Shown here: positions 12,090 through 25,353 of the stretch, one piece after another | How positions within the stretch are numbered: the first letter of the stretch is position 1 | How the letters are laid out: each line of letters opens with the position of its first letter | From: Octopus sinensis | Taxonomy: Eukaryota | NCBI RefSeq assembly: GCF_006345805.1 | Contig: NW_021832562.1 | Span: 1-60,992, forward strand | Length of the DNA stretch: 60,992 nt | Direction: 5' to 3' | Position numbers and translations under genes: made by a program | Notes under the pieces: generated by a model | Told to the model about the DNA's origin: nothing | What the model saw: only the letters and a program-made list of their open reading frames with translations | Databases searched by the model: none

Positions 12090-12825
12090 GTTGTTCGTTC
12101 ACTTCATGACGGAATGCTAGAAATAATAAATAACATCTGCAAAATTAGAAGAGGTGTCGTAGTCGGAAAGGCAAAGTAATTGCTTACATCAAACTGAGCA
12201 GGGAGAGGTTGGAGCAGGTTCAGTTGAGTAAGCGTGTTGGAGCCCAAATGTCTGAGGCAGCCGAATACAGAACAAAAGAAATTATGACACAATGAACTAT
12301 AGCAAAGAACGTCCATGGCAGAGCTTAATAACACCTGGAGCAAAAAGAGTGTGTCCCAGCTAAGCTAAAGTCAAGGCTAGTGCGCATGCTCATTCGCACA
12401 ATAGGCATTTGTGGTTGAGAATCATGCAATCTGAACAAATTTGAAGAGAACATAATCAATGCGTTCGAAATATGGGTTTATAGGAGAATGTCGAGAATGT
12501 AACGATTCTCTTATTAGGATTATCGGATAAATGAATCGGTGTTACAAGTAGGTAAAAGACAACGACAACTTGACATTATGAAAAGACAAAACGTTCGTTA
12601 ATTAAGGGGGTATTAAAAGAAGTAGAGGTTTGCAAAACATTATCCTAGAAGGAAGAGTAAAGGGTAGTCGATCAGGAGGCAAGCAAAGAACGCAATGGAT
12701 GGATAATATAAAGGGCTGATTGTACAAGAGTGGTAAGTCACCTGGAGGAGTCGAGCTTAATGGGGAAGACTTTCGTTTTGATGACATCAATGCGCTGCGG
12801 ACGTACGATACATGACAGGGACGAC
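12090..12825 (+). mobile_element. RTE-clade LINE, decayed 3' part of ORF
   Basis: KLKSRLVRMLIRTIGICG*ESCNLNKFEENIINAFEIWVYRRM and LQNIILEGRVKGSRSGGKQRTQWMDNIK are typical RTE/BovB C-terminal motifs. Confidence 0.8.
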
Positions 12826-12827
12826 GA

Positions 12828-13052
12828 TGGCTGAATGATTAAGAAGCTCGGTTTACTGAAAGGGTTCAGTCCCACTACTATGCAGCACCTTGTGCAAGTG
12901 TCAACTATAGGTTCAACTCACCAATGCCTTGTAAGTGAATTAGTTATCCGAAAACTGCCTGCAAGCCCGTCGTATATATATACATATATATATATACATA
13001 CACATATATATACATACATATATATATTATATATATATATATATACACACAT

Positions 13053-13115
<63 letters not shown>

Positions 13116-13320
13116 CCTGTACATATATGTGTGCGCCTTTGTCCTTCTCTTTGTCTCCACCACCACTCAACAGCCAGCATTGGACCGCTTATGTCCCCGT
13201 AATAAAGCGGTTTGGCCGACAAAATAAGAAATAAACTTCAAAGATAAGTACGGACTAAACCCTTCAAGTCAGTGCTCCAGCACGGCCACGCCACTCTCCA
13301 TTGACTGAGGCCAAAAAACA
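12828..13320 (+). mobile_element. SINE family A, old near-full copy with internal (TA)n/(CA)n
   Basis: gggttcagtcccact head, aatgccttgtaagtg...gcccgtcgtatata body, gtgctccagcacggcc tail. Confidence 0.65.
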
Positions 13321-14059
13321 TAAAGAGACTTTAAAGTGTATTGTTTTCAGAGATGCTCAACCCTAACACTGCCACCCCACCCCCACCCTACCCTCAGTAC
13401 TATCTATGTGGACTTAACATGTCTCAAGAACAAAACACTTTAGAAAAAGTAGTTTCAAAAGGAATTACGTGTTTCATGATTTTTTATAAACCTGCAGCAA
13501 TTCTACAGCCTTCGCAATAATCACGGATTTTCCACAGATACTTCTGCTATTTATAATTGCATTTTCACAACAAATATCTATTATTGCATTTTCAAATATT
13601 TATCGATTTTTTTCCTTTCATGCAGCCTTATTAACTTACACGTAATTTAATGCGGCCTTCAAATAGAAAAAAAAAATAATAAAATTCCCACGTCTCGGTT
13701 CTATATCATTACAGAAAGTAAAGAAAATGAATTTATTTTCTTGGAAATACGATAAAGGAAATTCACCAAGCCTTACTGCTGTATTGAAAACGTTTTCATG
13801 AAATGATGTTTTTCTTTGAATTATCTCAAATGATATTCCTCCAAGAATATCGGAAGGAGAAAAAGATTCTAAAGTTGTTGCGACCTATCTGTAGAGCACT
13901 GACAGGCATAAAACTCGTGTGACATGGAATGAAATTCGTAAACAAAATACACTACGCAAACCACAAACACATATATGTATGTGTGTGCATGTATGTATAT
14001 GTATATATATGTGTCTATGTATGTGTGTATGCATGTATATATATGTGTGCGTGTGTATG

Positions 14060-14143
<84 letters not shown>

Positions 14144-14379
14144 ATCTTAAAAGCTGAATTTTATCTTCTAAGGGCACATTCCTTGAAAGACTACATATAA
14201 TTTTTTTCTAAATATTGATTTTGCTACGCAGAAAATATACATATATATTAATGCATTTTCGAGTGCTTTTGAATGTTATATATACATGTGTGTGTATGTG
14301 GTGCGTGCGTGCATGTATACACACATACATCATCCTTGAAGGTAAACATGTTTCTCATACGCACATACACTCTTAGAGA

Positions 14380-14396
14380 TAAGCATAGATATATGC

Positions 14397-14475
<79 letters not shown>

Positions 14476-14500
14476 TAGATAGATAGATAGATAGATAGAT

Positions 14501-14552
<52 letters not shown>

Positions 14553-14660
14553 GCTAGATAGATATAGATACAGATATATACATAGATACATTTGTATATA
14601 TGCATTTATACATAAACACAGACACACACGCACACACACATATACACACGCTGTTTACAA
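14380..14660. repeat. Compound (TA)n-(GA)n-(GATA)n-(CA)n microsatellite
   Basis: Direct reading. Confidence 0.95.
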
Positions 14661-15072
14661 AAATAGAGATACTGCAAGTAAAAATAAAATACGTGAGGGG
14701 GCAGAAAAATGTGTATGTATGTGCTTGAGTTTGTGCTTATGTATATGTGAGCGAGTGTGATGTGTATGCATGTGTGTTTGTGTGTGTGTATGCGTGTTTG
14801 TATTTGTGTGTGCGTGAATACGTGTGTTTGTGTGTATGAGTGCGTATGTGTGTGCGAGTGTGTGGTTGTATGTATTGTCTAACGCTTTAAATATAACTAT
14901 CGATTATCGAGGCGACAGCATGTATCGATTGGGAGACTATTTGAGTATAGTGTGCGACATTATCCAATGTATTTATCAAGTTGTGAGTCGCACTGATTCC
15001 TACATGGTGTCCATATTGATCGCCTCCACCACCCTCACCAGTCTATGGTTCCATCTAATTCTTTCACTTTTC

Positions 15073-15145
<73 letters not shown>

Positions 15146-15759
15146 GTATCTTTAGTTCTTCAGCTTCGGACGTTGCCAAAATATTTAGTTTCTTTCCATA
15201 ACAATCAATTCTAGTATCTATAACATTCAAAGTAATTTTTACTTCCGCCGCAATCGAACTGCTAACCCCGAAATCCGATTATCGTCTGCAAGTCGCGCAG
15301 TGCCTTTCTTTTGCGATAAATATCATCTTATTTCTTTTTTCGTTGTTTTTTTTTTTAACTTGGATACAAAAAAGAACAAAAAAAATATGTTTTGATAATG
15401 TTAATATTTCTTGATCGATAAGGTTATTTTTGAATAAATATTATTTTTTACGCCATGTTGAATCTATTTTCTGTTTAGCTTTTGCTTGTATTTCGTTTTT
15501 AATTTTTTTTCGATTTTTTGGCTCTAAAAGAATAAACGTTTAATATGAAACTATTCTTTTTAGTCTTAAGACCAACTAAAGAATATGTTTTTGGTTTTTT
15601 TTTTTCCTGTTTCTTCTTATAATTCTTTCTCGGTAATGCCAGCCACTTGTTTATCCGAAGGCTACTGCAAAGTTGGAATTTTGAATCCACGTTCGCATTA
15701 GATTACTGGGGAAAAGATATAATAATTAAAGATAATGATAAGTGGGGTTATCAAGTTTG

Positions 15760-15900
15760 TCACGAGACCAGCAATTTCAGGGAAATAGACTTAGTCGATT
15801 TCACCGACGTCAGTGCTTTTGAACTCAAAACGTAAAATCCCGAAAGAAATACCACTAAGCATTTTGTTCGATGCGCTAACGGTTTTGACAGCTCACCTCC
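15760..15900 (-). mobile_element. SINE family C, degenerate
   Basis: tttgaactcaaaacgtaaa...gaaatacc.ctaagcatttt...gcgctaacg matches the family C head in reverse. Confidence 0.65.
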
Positions 15901-15919
15901 TTGATAGAAAAAAAAAAGA

Positions 15920-16575
15920 AGAGTGACAGGAAAATCCGAAAGCTGCTGACTTGCAATACGATGCACCACCCAAAGGCAGACGCAGATCGTCTTTTACCTA
16001 TCCAGAGCCCAAGGAGGCCGAGGCTTGATCCAATTTGAAACCACCGCAACTGTACTGGCAAAATATCTTGAAACATCTAACGACTGGATGATAAAGCTCG
16101 ATGAAAACCATGAAAAACGTAAGCTGCATTCTGTTATGAAGGAGCGCAAAAACGTTTCAAGTGAGTTTATGCATAATACCCAGGTTGAACAGCTTGGTGG
16201 AAGTGCAGCAACTGTAGCTGCAAAGAAGGCGAAATCAATGGCAAAGCAAAATGCGTTTGAAAAATTGGCTGACAAGTGGGAACAAAAACCTCTGCATGGC
16301 AAATGTGTGGCCCGTAGCAAACAAGCTGATGTAGACCAGAAACACACCCATCAGTAGCTACGGAGCTCAGGGCTAAAGGCAGAGAGTGAAGGCTTTATAT
16401 TGGCTGCCCAAGATCAGAGTTTATTGAACCGGAACTATCAAGGCCGTGTGATGAAAAATGGTGTAGACCCAAAGTGCCGATACAGCAACGATGGAATAGA
16501 AACAGTCGACCACCTAATCTCTGGGTGTAAGGTTTTAGCACCTGTAGAGAACAAATCAAGACACGATAGAGTCGG
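15920..16575 (+). mobile_element. R4/Dong-like fragment (post-RT to zinc knuckle)
   Basis: DRKIRKLLT..HHPKADADRL, QGGRGLIQ, WEQKPLHG, LKAESEGFILAAQDQSL...CR....ETVDHLISGC...RHDRV. Confidence 0.88.
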
Positions 16576-16579
16576 GACA

Positions 16580-16798
16580 AGCACAGACACACAAACACAC
16601 ACACACACACATATATATATCTATATACACATATATACGACGGGCTTCTTTCAGTTTCTGTCTACCAAATCCACTTACAAGGCTTTGGTCGACCCGAGGC
16701 TATAGTAGAAGACATTTCCCCTGGGTGCCACGCTGCGGGACTGAACGTGGAACCATGTGGTTGGGAAGCAAGCTACTTACCACACAGCCACTCCTGTC
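16580..16798 (-). mobile_element. SINE family A, 5' half
   Basis: Reverse complement of 27941-28150 at high identity. Confidence 0.85.
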
Positions 16799-16968
16799 TA
16801 CTTTTCTATTTTCTTCTTTCTTCCTTTCGTTCTCTGTCTTCCTGTTTTTTCTTTCGCATGATTCTGTAAATGAACAATCTGGTGTGATTGTTTTAATGGC
16901 CTACCAATGTATAGAGTACGTGTCAGGAAGACGCACGGCAAGAAATAGAAGCTAATTGGAAGAAGATG

Positions 16969-16969
16969 C

Positions 16970-17044
<75 letters not shown>

Positions 17045-17074
17045 TAACAATAATAATAATAATAATAATAATAA
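16969..17074. repeat. (AAT)n microsatellite, continuing after the Helitron at 17454-17475
   Basis: Direct reading. Confidence 0.95.
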
Positions 17075-17453
17075 TCTCTCTATATATAAAGCTGAAGTTG
17101 TCTGTGTATGGCAGGTTTGGTAGCCTTCAACTAACACAATCTCCTCCGAGACCTTGCGGCGCAAATTGACCAAAATTGAGAGTAGGATAGAAGAAGGCTT
17201 GCTCTTCATTCCGTAGAATCGGACCATGTTAACACCAAAAGTTATTTACATCAAAATGGTGCTTTTTTTTCCCATGAAAATCCCTATTTTTATGATTTTT
17301 TGACTGCTGTGTCGCCATTTTTCAGTCTATTTCAACCAGAAAAATGTTCACTCAAAAAGAATAATAAGCTACACAATGCAAAATTTTTACTTTTCAAAAA
17401 TCCAATTCTAAAGGGTCGAAACAAACTCGAGCAACGCCGGGCGATACTGCTAG
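17075..17453 (+). mobile_element. Non-autonomous Helitron (379 bp)
   Basis: Starts TC(tctatatataaag), ends CTAG, sits between A (17074) and T (17454). Subterminal GC-rich imperfect hairpin cgagcaacgccg lies ~10 nt before the end. No TSD. Confidence 0.8.
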
Positions 17454-17475
17454 TAATGATAATAATAATAATAAT

Positions 17476-18145
17476 ATGAACGAAAAGACAAAACGAGAGT
17501 ACCTGCGGTGAGTGAGAAAAGTATTGGCTTCAAAGCTAAATGCTAGAAACAGTTCTGGCAATAAAATCGCGCGTAGCCGCAGTAGTTTGGTATGGCGCTG
17601 GAATCCTGAAGTGGACAGAGAAGGAGCTAAAGGAAGTGGACAGGAAGTCAAGAAAGCTTCTAACGATGCATGTAGCCCATCATCCACGTGTGGACACTGA
17701 TCGCTTATACATGAAGAGAGCAAATACGACTGATAAGTGTGGAAGACTGCGTGCGTATCGAACTCGAGAGCTTAATGAAATGCCTAGCCTAAAATAAGGA
17801 AACCTTGCTAGTAGCATTTGGGAATGAGAGAGTATTGAAAGCAGAGAAAAAAGGGATAACAGAGGAAGAAATGCAAACAGGACATGAAGAAGGATCACGC
17901 AAGAAGGGAATCAATTCCATGCAGCCACAACAGAATTTGCTGGAAAAATAGGTGGGATTGGCTGATGAAAGGAGGCCTGAAAATGAACCCGAGAGCACTA
18001 TAGTGGCAGCGCATAACCAAGCTTTGACCTCGGACTGGAGCCATGAACAAGCGTCTCCGCTGTGCCGCATCTGCAGTAGAGTGGATGAAACCATTGCCCA
18101 TATCATGGACGAATAGTGATTTCTGCCAGGTCCGCCTGGTGGGGG
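17476..18145 (+). mobile_element. R4/Dong-like fragment (second family or copy)
   Basis: REYLR*VRKVLASKLN, VWYGAGILKWTEKELKEVDRKSRKLLTMH..HPRVDTDRLY, SPLCRICSRVDETIAHIM. Covers the same protein region as 15920-16575, so it is a separate insertion. Confidence 0.85.
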
Positions 18146-18563
18146 TGACTTGTTGTTGTTGTTGTTGCTTTTGCCATTGTTGTTCAGTTCGGGAACAAAG
18201 ACCTTTACAATATTCCAGTTTGTACACCATTGCAACCCTGAGGTTAACAGCAAATGTTCGTTCTTCAGTCGTTTCTTATACTTTTCAAGTATTCTATATT
18301 CTAGTTTACTACCATAGAGCGTCCACTAGTGGTAGTCGTTTCCTTTTGTTAAGTACTCCCCTTCTCGGTCTTGTGCTTTAAATGAGGAGTTGATGGACAG
18401 CCGACAACTGATGAAGGGTCGTTCTTTATGTTATTTGTCCTGTTTCCCATTTGTTTCTCTCGTTGTTTACGTATTCAACTTATTTGTTTTCGTATTTCAT
18501 GTTGTTTACGCTTTGTGACGTCCTGTACCCATATATATATATGCATATACATGTGAGTGTATG

Positions 18564-18630
<67 letters not shown>

Positions 18631-18870
18631 TCCTTAAGGCTTTTGACGATGCAATTAAAAGGAATTGAAATTAAAATTCAAATAAAAAGATAAGCTTGTT
18701 CCGTAAGGGATTATCAAGTCATTGCTAATTACACAAGTGAATTCGGTTAATTAGGTAGGTTATGACGAAACGTTTAGGAAGATAGTTAACTAATAATTGT
18801 AAAAGAATAAATTTGCTATAACATACACATATCATTCCCTCTTCATGATCCTTAGCAAATCGATAGTTAC

Positions 18871-18909
<39 letters not shown>

Positions 18910-21056
18910 CTCCACACACACACACTATCTCTCTCTTTCCCTCTCTCACTTATAATTAAACAAATTTGAAACTCGTTAAACATCCAGTCATATTATCATG
19001 TTTTATTTTAAATCTTCAGAAACCTAGAGCTCATTAATCTTGAAGTGCACGCGACTTCAAACAAAATGACTAATTACTCGAAAATTAGTGCACCCCAGTC
19101 TCCACGTTCAAGTCTTTTAATTTTGGATAACTCTGAGTAGATCCATTGGTAAACGTTTTCCTCGATCTACTAAAACATTGATGGCCAATATTGGAATATG
19201 TTTGAGATCTGGATTATGTTTGGGTCAAATATCAAGAACAACAGCGTCTCAGAGTTGTATGATGCATCGATGCCAATTCCCATTTTTACTGAATTCCTTC
19301 AAACAATTATTTGTCATTAATATTTCCTTGCTGAAATTTAAGACATTCCGGGCAATAACATTCTCCCTTCAAACGTTCTTTAATTTCTGTTGAACTTTGC
19401 AAGGTACAAAAATGGCTTTTCGGTGAAAGTATAAAGACCATATTGCAAGTAATTGTTGTCAAATGTCCCTCTTAAACAATTCTTTTATGATCCTATTGCA
19501 CTCTTTAAACGTTACACTTAAAAAAAAAAGTATCAAGCTCATAAAATCAATATGTTTACACTCAGATAGTGCTTATTCCTCTGTGAACTCAACCTGTTCT
19601 TATGTTTAATGTATTTTGACTGGAATCAATATAGAAAAATTGCTTGGAAAAAAAAAACGGTTGGCATAAACTTATATTGTTTCTAGTTTCACCAATTAGT
19701 AAAACCTTTTGTTTTGTTCATCAATTAAAATTATTTTGTGACTGTAGTTGCGTCAAAGGAATTGTTCTACGCAAAAATATGGTAAAACCTACGACGATGT
19801 CGATAAAGTTGTTTATGTAAATATTTCATCATAACGATTCCATAGTTTTATGTTTTTATCGAAATATTAAAACCAATTTAATGGTTTATATAGCATACGA
19901 CGATGCTTCTTTTTTCATGTTCTCTAAAATAATGTTTTTGTAACTTGTTCCGAAAAATAAGAAATATTTCATAATATTTATTGATTGTGAATTCGTCAAG
20001 ACTCAGTAGTAAAATACAGCTTGATAAAAAGAATATGTCTTTACTCTGAGAAGAATGGGCGGTAAATAAGACCTCATTTCGGATATTCCTTAATGTTTCC
20101 AATTTGGTTTAATAAATTACTTCAGAATAAAAATAATACCAACTATTGATCTTGTCCATAACTTTTCATGATTATATTTATAAGAGAAAATAAATCAATA
20201 TTTTCACTGATTCTTTTAATAAAAGACCTTTCATTCATTGTTTCTCTTTCCTCTTTTTGTCTTGCTACTTTTTTTTTTACCTTTTATTTTGGATTCTTTT
20301 TTTCTTTCTTTTTCGAAAATATAATTTGTTAGCCAGATTCTAACAACGATGAACCTTCGAGTCTCGTTAAAATTTATTTAAACAAAAAAGAAAGAAATCT
20401 TTTCAAAATAAATGAAAAACATTTTTCTTTTTTTTGTGTCTGCAATCAAAATAAAACTTGTATTACGAAAATATATTTGATTAAAATCTGAAATTTTATA
20501 AAGAAATATCACCAAATATTCTTTACTATCAAAGTTATTTAACAACTGACCAAGTTATTGCTGCTTTTCATCTTTCACCTGATCTCTCAGACGGCACCAG
20601 GCTTTACTTTTTCAACGTGTAATTCCAAAACAAATAAAATTTTATTACTAATAATTAAATTAATAATAATTTGTACATTTTGACAATGCCGAAAAAAAAT
20701 CCAATTCGATTTCATTTTTATAAAGCAAGTCCCACTGGTATTGATTTAAGACGGGTCAGTAGCCATATTGTGTGTGGGGAGGGTGCTCTATTTATAGCTT
20801 GTACGATAGTCTTCATTATTTCAAAATATTCGACATTAATGGAGATAATGAAGGAGAAAGATAACTTCAACAAAACTTTCAACAATTTCACAGTCTCACA
20901 CTGTGGTGGCTTAATGTTGAACGTCATGTGATTCAACTGGGCGTTTCTATTGGCTATCTTTTAAGGGTGGTTAGTTTTGATAGAGATAATAACAAAAGTT
21001 ATTTTGCCCTATTTTTACTGTACGTTCTACATTCAAATTGAATATAATTACTCTGT

Positions 21057-21134
<78 letters not shown>

Positions 21135-21739
21135 CATTTTCTTTTCCGTGTCTGTGACTATCCTCTGTCCGCTTGTCTGCGTCTCAAAGTGTTTGAGTAT
21201 CTGTGTGTGCATGTATGTATGTATGTATGTATGTATGTATGTATGTATGTGTGTATGTATGTATGTATGTATGTATACGTGTGTGTAGTGCGTTTAAGTG
21301 GTTCAGTTGATGTTCGCAAATGATTTCTGCAAATTTTAATACTTTACAGTCAAGATATGATATGAATTCGTTTGCCAAGAATTGTTAAAGGAATATTTGT
21401 AGTCAAATAAATACTTTTATACTTGGGGCCAACAAAAAGCTTCAAGTATTTTAGAAAAAGGAATTGAAATCTATAGAAACAACATGCGGCATCTTGATTT
21501 ACAGCCATTATTGATAATGTCCCTTCACAAAACAGCCAAACTTATGGACCTTAATATCTATTCAAAATGGTTGAAACATGCCAAATTCTCTTTGCAACCA
21601 TGTTATTTCGGTTTCAGTTCCACTATACAACAAGTTTGACCCTTAGGACGTGAAACCAGGAGATTCGAAATTACAACCGCACACACCGTAGGCTGTTTCT
21701 AAAGTAACATCACGTGATTGGTTGGAATCACTGACAGAC

Positions 21740-22040
21740 ATATTCTGGCCTTTGGCCCACAAGTACACTGCCTCATCTGCTTGTCCTTTTCTTTCTCATT
21801 ATAATGACCTCCGTTGCACGAACCTAACTGATCTCGTATCCGATTCACTCACGCACCCCTGACCCACTCGCCCCTTCTTCTCCCATTACCCTCCCATATG
21901 TTCATCCTCGTCGGCACTTCACAAAATCCTTCCTCCACAGGACATTGCTTCCCACTGGTACATCCTCCCGGCTCATATTTTGGCAGCAGACGTTGCCCTG
22001 CAATATTTTCAACAGACCATTAACGATATACTAAACTTAT
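21740..22040 (+). mobile_element. Highly decayed LINE 3' relic (CR1/L2/Jockey-type tail)
   Basis: SFLHRT..HWYILPAH resembles the SFFPRT..WN.LP C-terminal motif, but needs a frameshift. Confidence 0.4.
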
Positions 22041-22229
22041 CAGTCTCGAAGGACCATGAAATGTCACGGGCTTCGTCCCTTCCACTCGAAAAAAACAAAC
22101 ACAGGTCCAGGCTTATACTACCTTTTATCGTGTACTTCAGTACTTCTTGAAAAGGGTTTCGTTGAAAAATCGACACAAGTGCTTATAGCATCAGCCTGAT
22201 ACTTGCTCCTTTTTCTCAGGGTTCAACAT

Positions 22230-22590
22230 CAAGGTTACGTGAACGTAAACAAAGAAAACGCCGGTTGACAAGCGGTGGGGAACAGGACACAAACTTTGAC
22301 ACAAAGAAGACACACATACATACATGCACACAGAACATACACACATGCATGTGTATGTATATGTGTGTGTATTTATTTATTTTTGATTGCAATAGCCGGT
22401 TCTTTTGATCAAACTATCGTATCTCCTAACTATCGTGTGTATACAACAGTCTTCTCGTAGTTTCCTTCCAGCAAATTCACTCAGCATTGGTTGACCCGGA
22501 GCACTAATAGAAGTTGCGTATCCAAGGTGCCACGCCGTGGGACGGAACTGTAAACCCGGTCTTTGTAAATTGAGTTTCTTATCTACACCT
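22230..22590 (-). mobile_element. SINE family A, very degenerate
   Basis: ccaaggtgccacgccgtgggacggaac and cattggttgacccggagc...aatagaag align to the family A head/body in reverse. Confidence 0.5.
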
Positions 22591-23220
22591 CAGACACAAC
22601 AAATTGCCAGGGACAATTTAGATTTCCCAACCTCGAAGCAGGTAACAAGAATCTCTTATCTATGGAAAACAGCACTCACCAATCAGTAATAGACTTCAGT
22701 TCGATTAAACTGTTTATATCCCTTTCCTCGTACTATCGATCTCTAGCCTTTATCGAATGTGAGAAATCTAAATGCGTGGCTGTGTATAATTAGCTTTATG
22801 TGGATATGTCTAACTTGGTTTGCATGTACATATGTTCGTGTGACTGCTTTTACGCAAGTGCATACCAACATTTGTCAATGTGCGTATGCTTGTGTTTGTA
22901 TATTCATTTGTGTGTGTGTGGTGTGTTTGTGTGTGTCTGTCTGTCTCTGTGTGTGTCTATCTGTGTGTGTGTCAGTCTGTGTGTCTATCTGTTTGTGTGT
23001 CTGTCTGTGTGTGTGCCCGTGTGGATTTATATTTGTAGTGGAACTGTGTTGTTTTCAGTCGTTGCTTACCACTTTTGGCCTTCTGTCAATATATCAGGCA
23101 GTAATATATCACATACGCAATACACGGTTATTTAACACAAACAGTAGAAGCTGGAAGACAACGACCGAGAAAAGCTAATCAAATATCAACGAGGATTTTG
23201 TGACTTGCTCGGTTCCATGA

Positions 23221-23246
23221 CGGCGGCGGCGGCGGCGGCGGCGGCG
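23221..23246. repeat. (CGG)8 microsatellite
   Basis: cggcggcggcggcggcggcggcggcg. Confidence 0.95.
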
Positions 23247-23310
23247 TTCTCCTGGTTATCTTCTATTATCTGCTGTTAACTTTTAATATAATAAACACAT
23301 TAACACACAG

Positions 23311-23423
<113 letters not shown>

Positions 23424-23456
23424 CTGCTGTTAACTTTTAATATAATAAACACATTA

Positions 23457-23543
<87 letters not shown>

Positions 23544-23545
23544 TT

Positions 23546-23613
23546 AAGGGCGGTGCCCCAGCATGGCCTCAGCCGGATGGCTGAAACAAGTAAAAGAGTA
23601 AAAGAGTAAAAGA
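23546..23613 (+). mobile_element. SINE family A 3' tail with (GTAAAAGA)3
   Basis: aagggcggtgccccagcatggcc...ctgaaacaagtaaaagagtaaaagagtaaaagag. Confidence 0.75.
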
Positions 23614-23738
23614 GTATATATATACAAATATAGATATATATATACATACATATATACATATATACATATATACACACACACGTAGACATACACACGCATA
23701 CACACACTCACACACGCACATGCATACATACATACCTG

Positions 23739-23773
<35 letters not shown>

Positions 23774-23841
23774 GTGTGGGCGTGTGTATATATATATGTG
23801 TGCGTGTGTGTATGTGCATATATATGTGTGTGTGTATGTGC

Positions 23842-23874
<33 letters not shown>

Positions 23875-24299
23875 CGTGTGTGTGTGTGTGCATTTATGAT
23901 AAAATTCCGAATTATATCGAATCATATGAAATTCATATTTAAATTTCATGAGAAAATCTTTTATTTTATTTTTTGGTTTTTGGTTTATTTGTTTATATTT
24001 TCTTCTAATCAAAGTCTGAAATCACATTCCTGTAAAAAAAATATTTAAACGAATGAATATTAAATAATAAACAATTCGAAATAAATCAATATTTGGTAAA
24101 CAATAACATTTACGGTTTAAAAGAATTCTCTGAAGAATCCGATTAGTTGGGGAGATTGAAGTTGTATTTCGAAATATAGAATGGTTATTCTTGGCTGAGA
24201 ATAAGAAAGTTAATAAATTTGTAGTTTCTAAAGGGAATTCTGATAACAAATGTGTTTAATATTTTAATGATTAGAAATTCCTTGCGGTAGAAAACACGT

Positions 24300-24430
24300 A
24301 AGCACCCGACTGAATGCCCTGTGAGAGTTTAGCTACGTACCTTAATGTTTTAAGTTCAAATCCCACTGGAGGCGACTTTGACATTCTTACATCACGGGGT
24401 CGATAAAATAAGTAGTTAGCAGGTACTGCG
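24300..24430 (+). mobile_element. SINE family C, degenerate
   Basis: aagttcaaatccc...gactttgac..tct..catca.ggggtcgataaaataagta. Confidence 0.55.
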
Positions 24431-24569
24431 GAGGTTTAATCGACAGCAATATCCACCACTCCTTTAAACTAAATGGTGGTTATTTGTATCAACGTTAGAA
24501 GTCAAGAGTTTCGGCAAAATTTCCTTCTGCTCTGATTTCCTCTTTGCTTTGAGCTCAAATCTGTAAACT

Positions 24570-24800
24570 GGCAGAATTGCTAGAGCATCAGATATGCCGT
24601 ATTGCGTTACGCTTTTATCGTATCTGAATTCAAAGCTATGTTGACAGTATAGTTAGGGCGCCGAACAAAATGACATAACTTATTGAGTAACTATTCCTAA
24701 CATCCTAAGTTCAATTCCCGTCGAGGTCAACTTTACTTTTCTTCCTCAAGTGGTCAACAAAATAAAGCATCACTCATATACTGAAGCCGGTTTAATATTC
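24570..24800 (+). mobile_element. SINE family C, one or two overlapping degenerate copies
   Basis: ctggcagaattgctagagc head and aagttcaattcccgtcgaggtcaactttactttt...gtggtcaacaaaataaag body. Confidence 0.55.
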
Positions 24801-25059
24801 GGATAAAGTATCCGAGGCGTTAATAGAATTATAACAATAGAATTATAAAAGTGATGATTTCAAATTTTTGGCAGAATTCTGATGAGACAGTAATTGTTCA
24901 TGTCCATTACATCGACGCCAGTAGCAGACTAGATGAGAGACAAGGTTTGCCTTGGCGGGATTTCAAATCACAACGTAAAGAGCTAGAATTGTCGCTAAAC
25001 ATTTTGTCCGACCTGGTAACGATTCAGCCAGCGCGCTGCCTTGGAAACAATAATCCTCT

Positions 25060-25262
25060 CTACTATAGGCATAAGGCTTGAAATTTGAGGGGAAGGGTTA
25101 GTTGATTGCATCGAATCCAGTACTCTACTGGTATTTGTTTTATCAACCCCGTAAGGATGAAAAGCAAAGCTGGCATCGGCAGAATTTGAACTCAGAACGT
25201 AAAGCATGAGGAAATACCGCTAAGCTGTTTGTTAGGCGTGCTAACGATTCTACTAGCATGCC
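25060..25262 (-). mobile_element. SINE family C (tail variant beta), preceded by (AAT)-like tail
   Basis: Reverse complement of 32477-32686 at moderate identity. Confidence 0.75.
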
Positions 25263-25282
25263 AGAATAATAACAACAACAAC

Positions 25283-25353
<71 letters not shown>

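Noticed and set aside
18380-18430. actgatgaaggg, a hammerhead or Penelope-like core
   Set aside because: No GAAA partner and no valid cleavage triplet geometry. At most an unclassified repeat.
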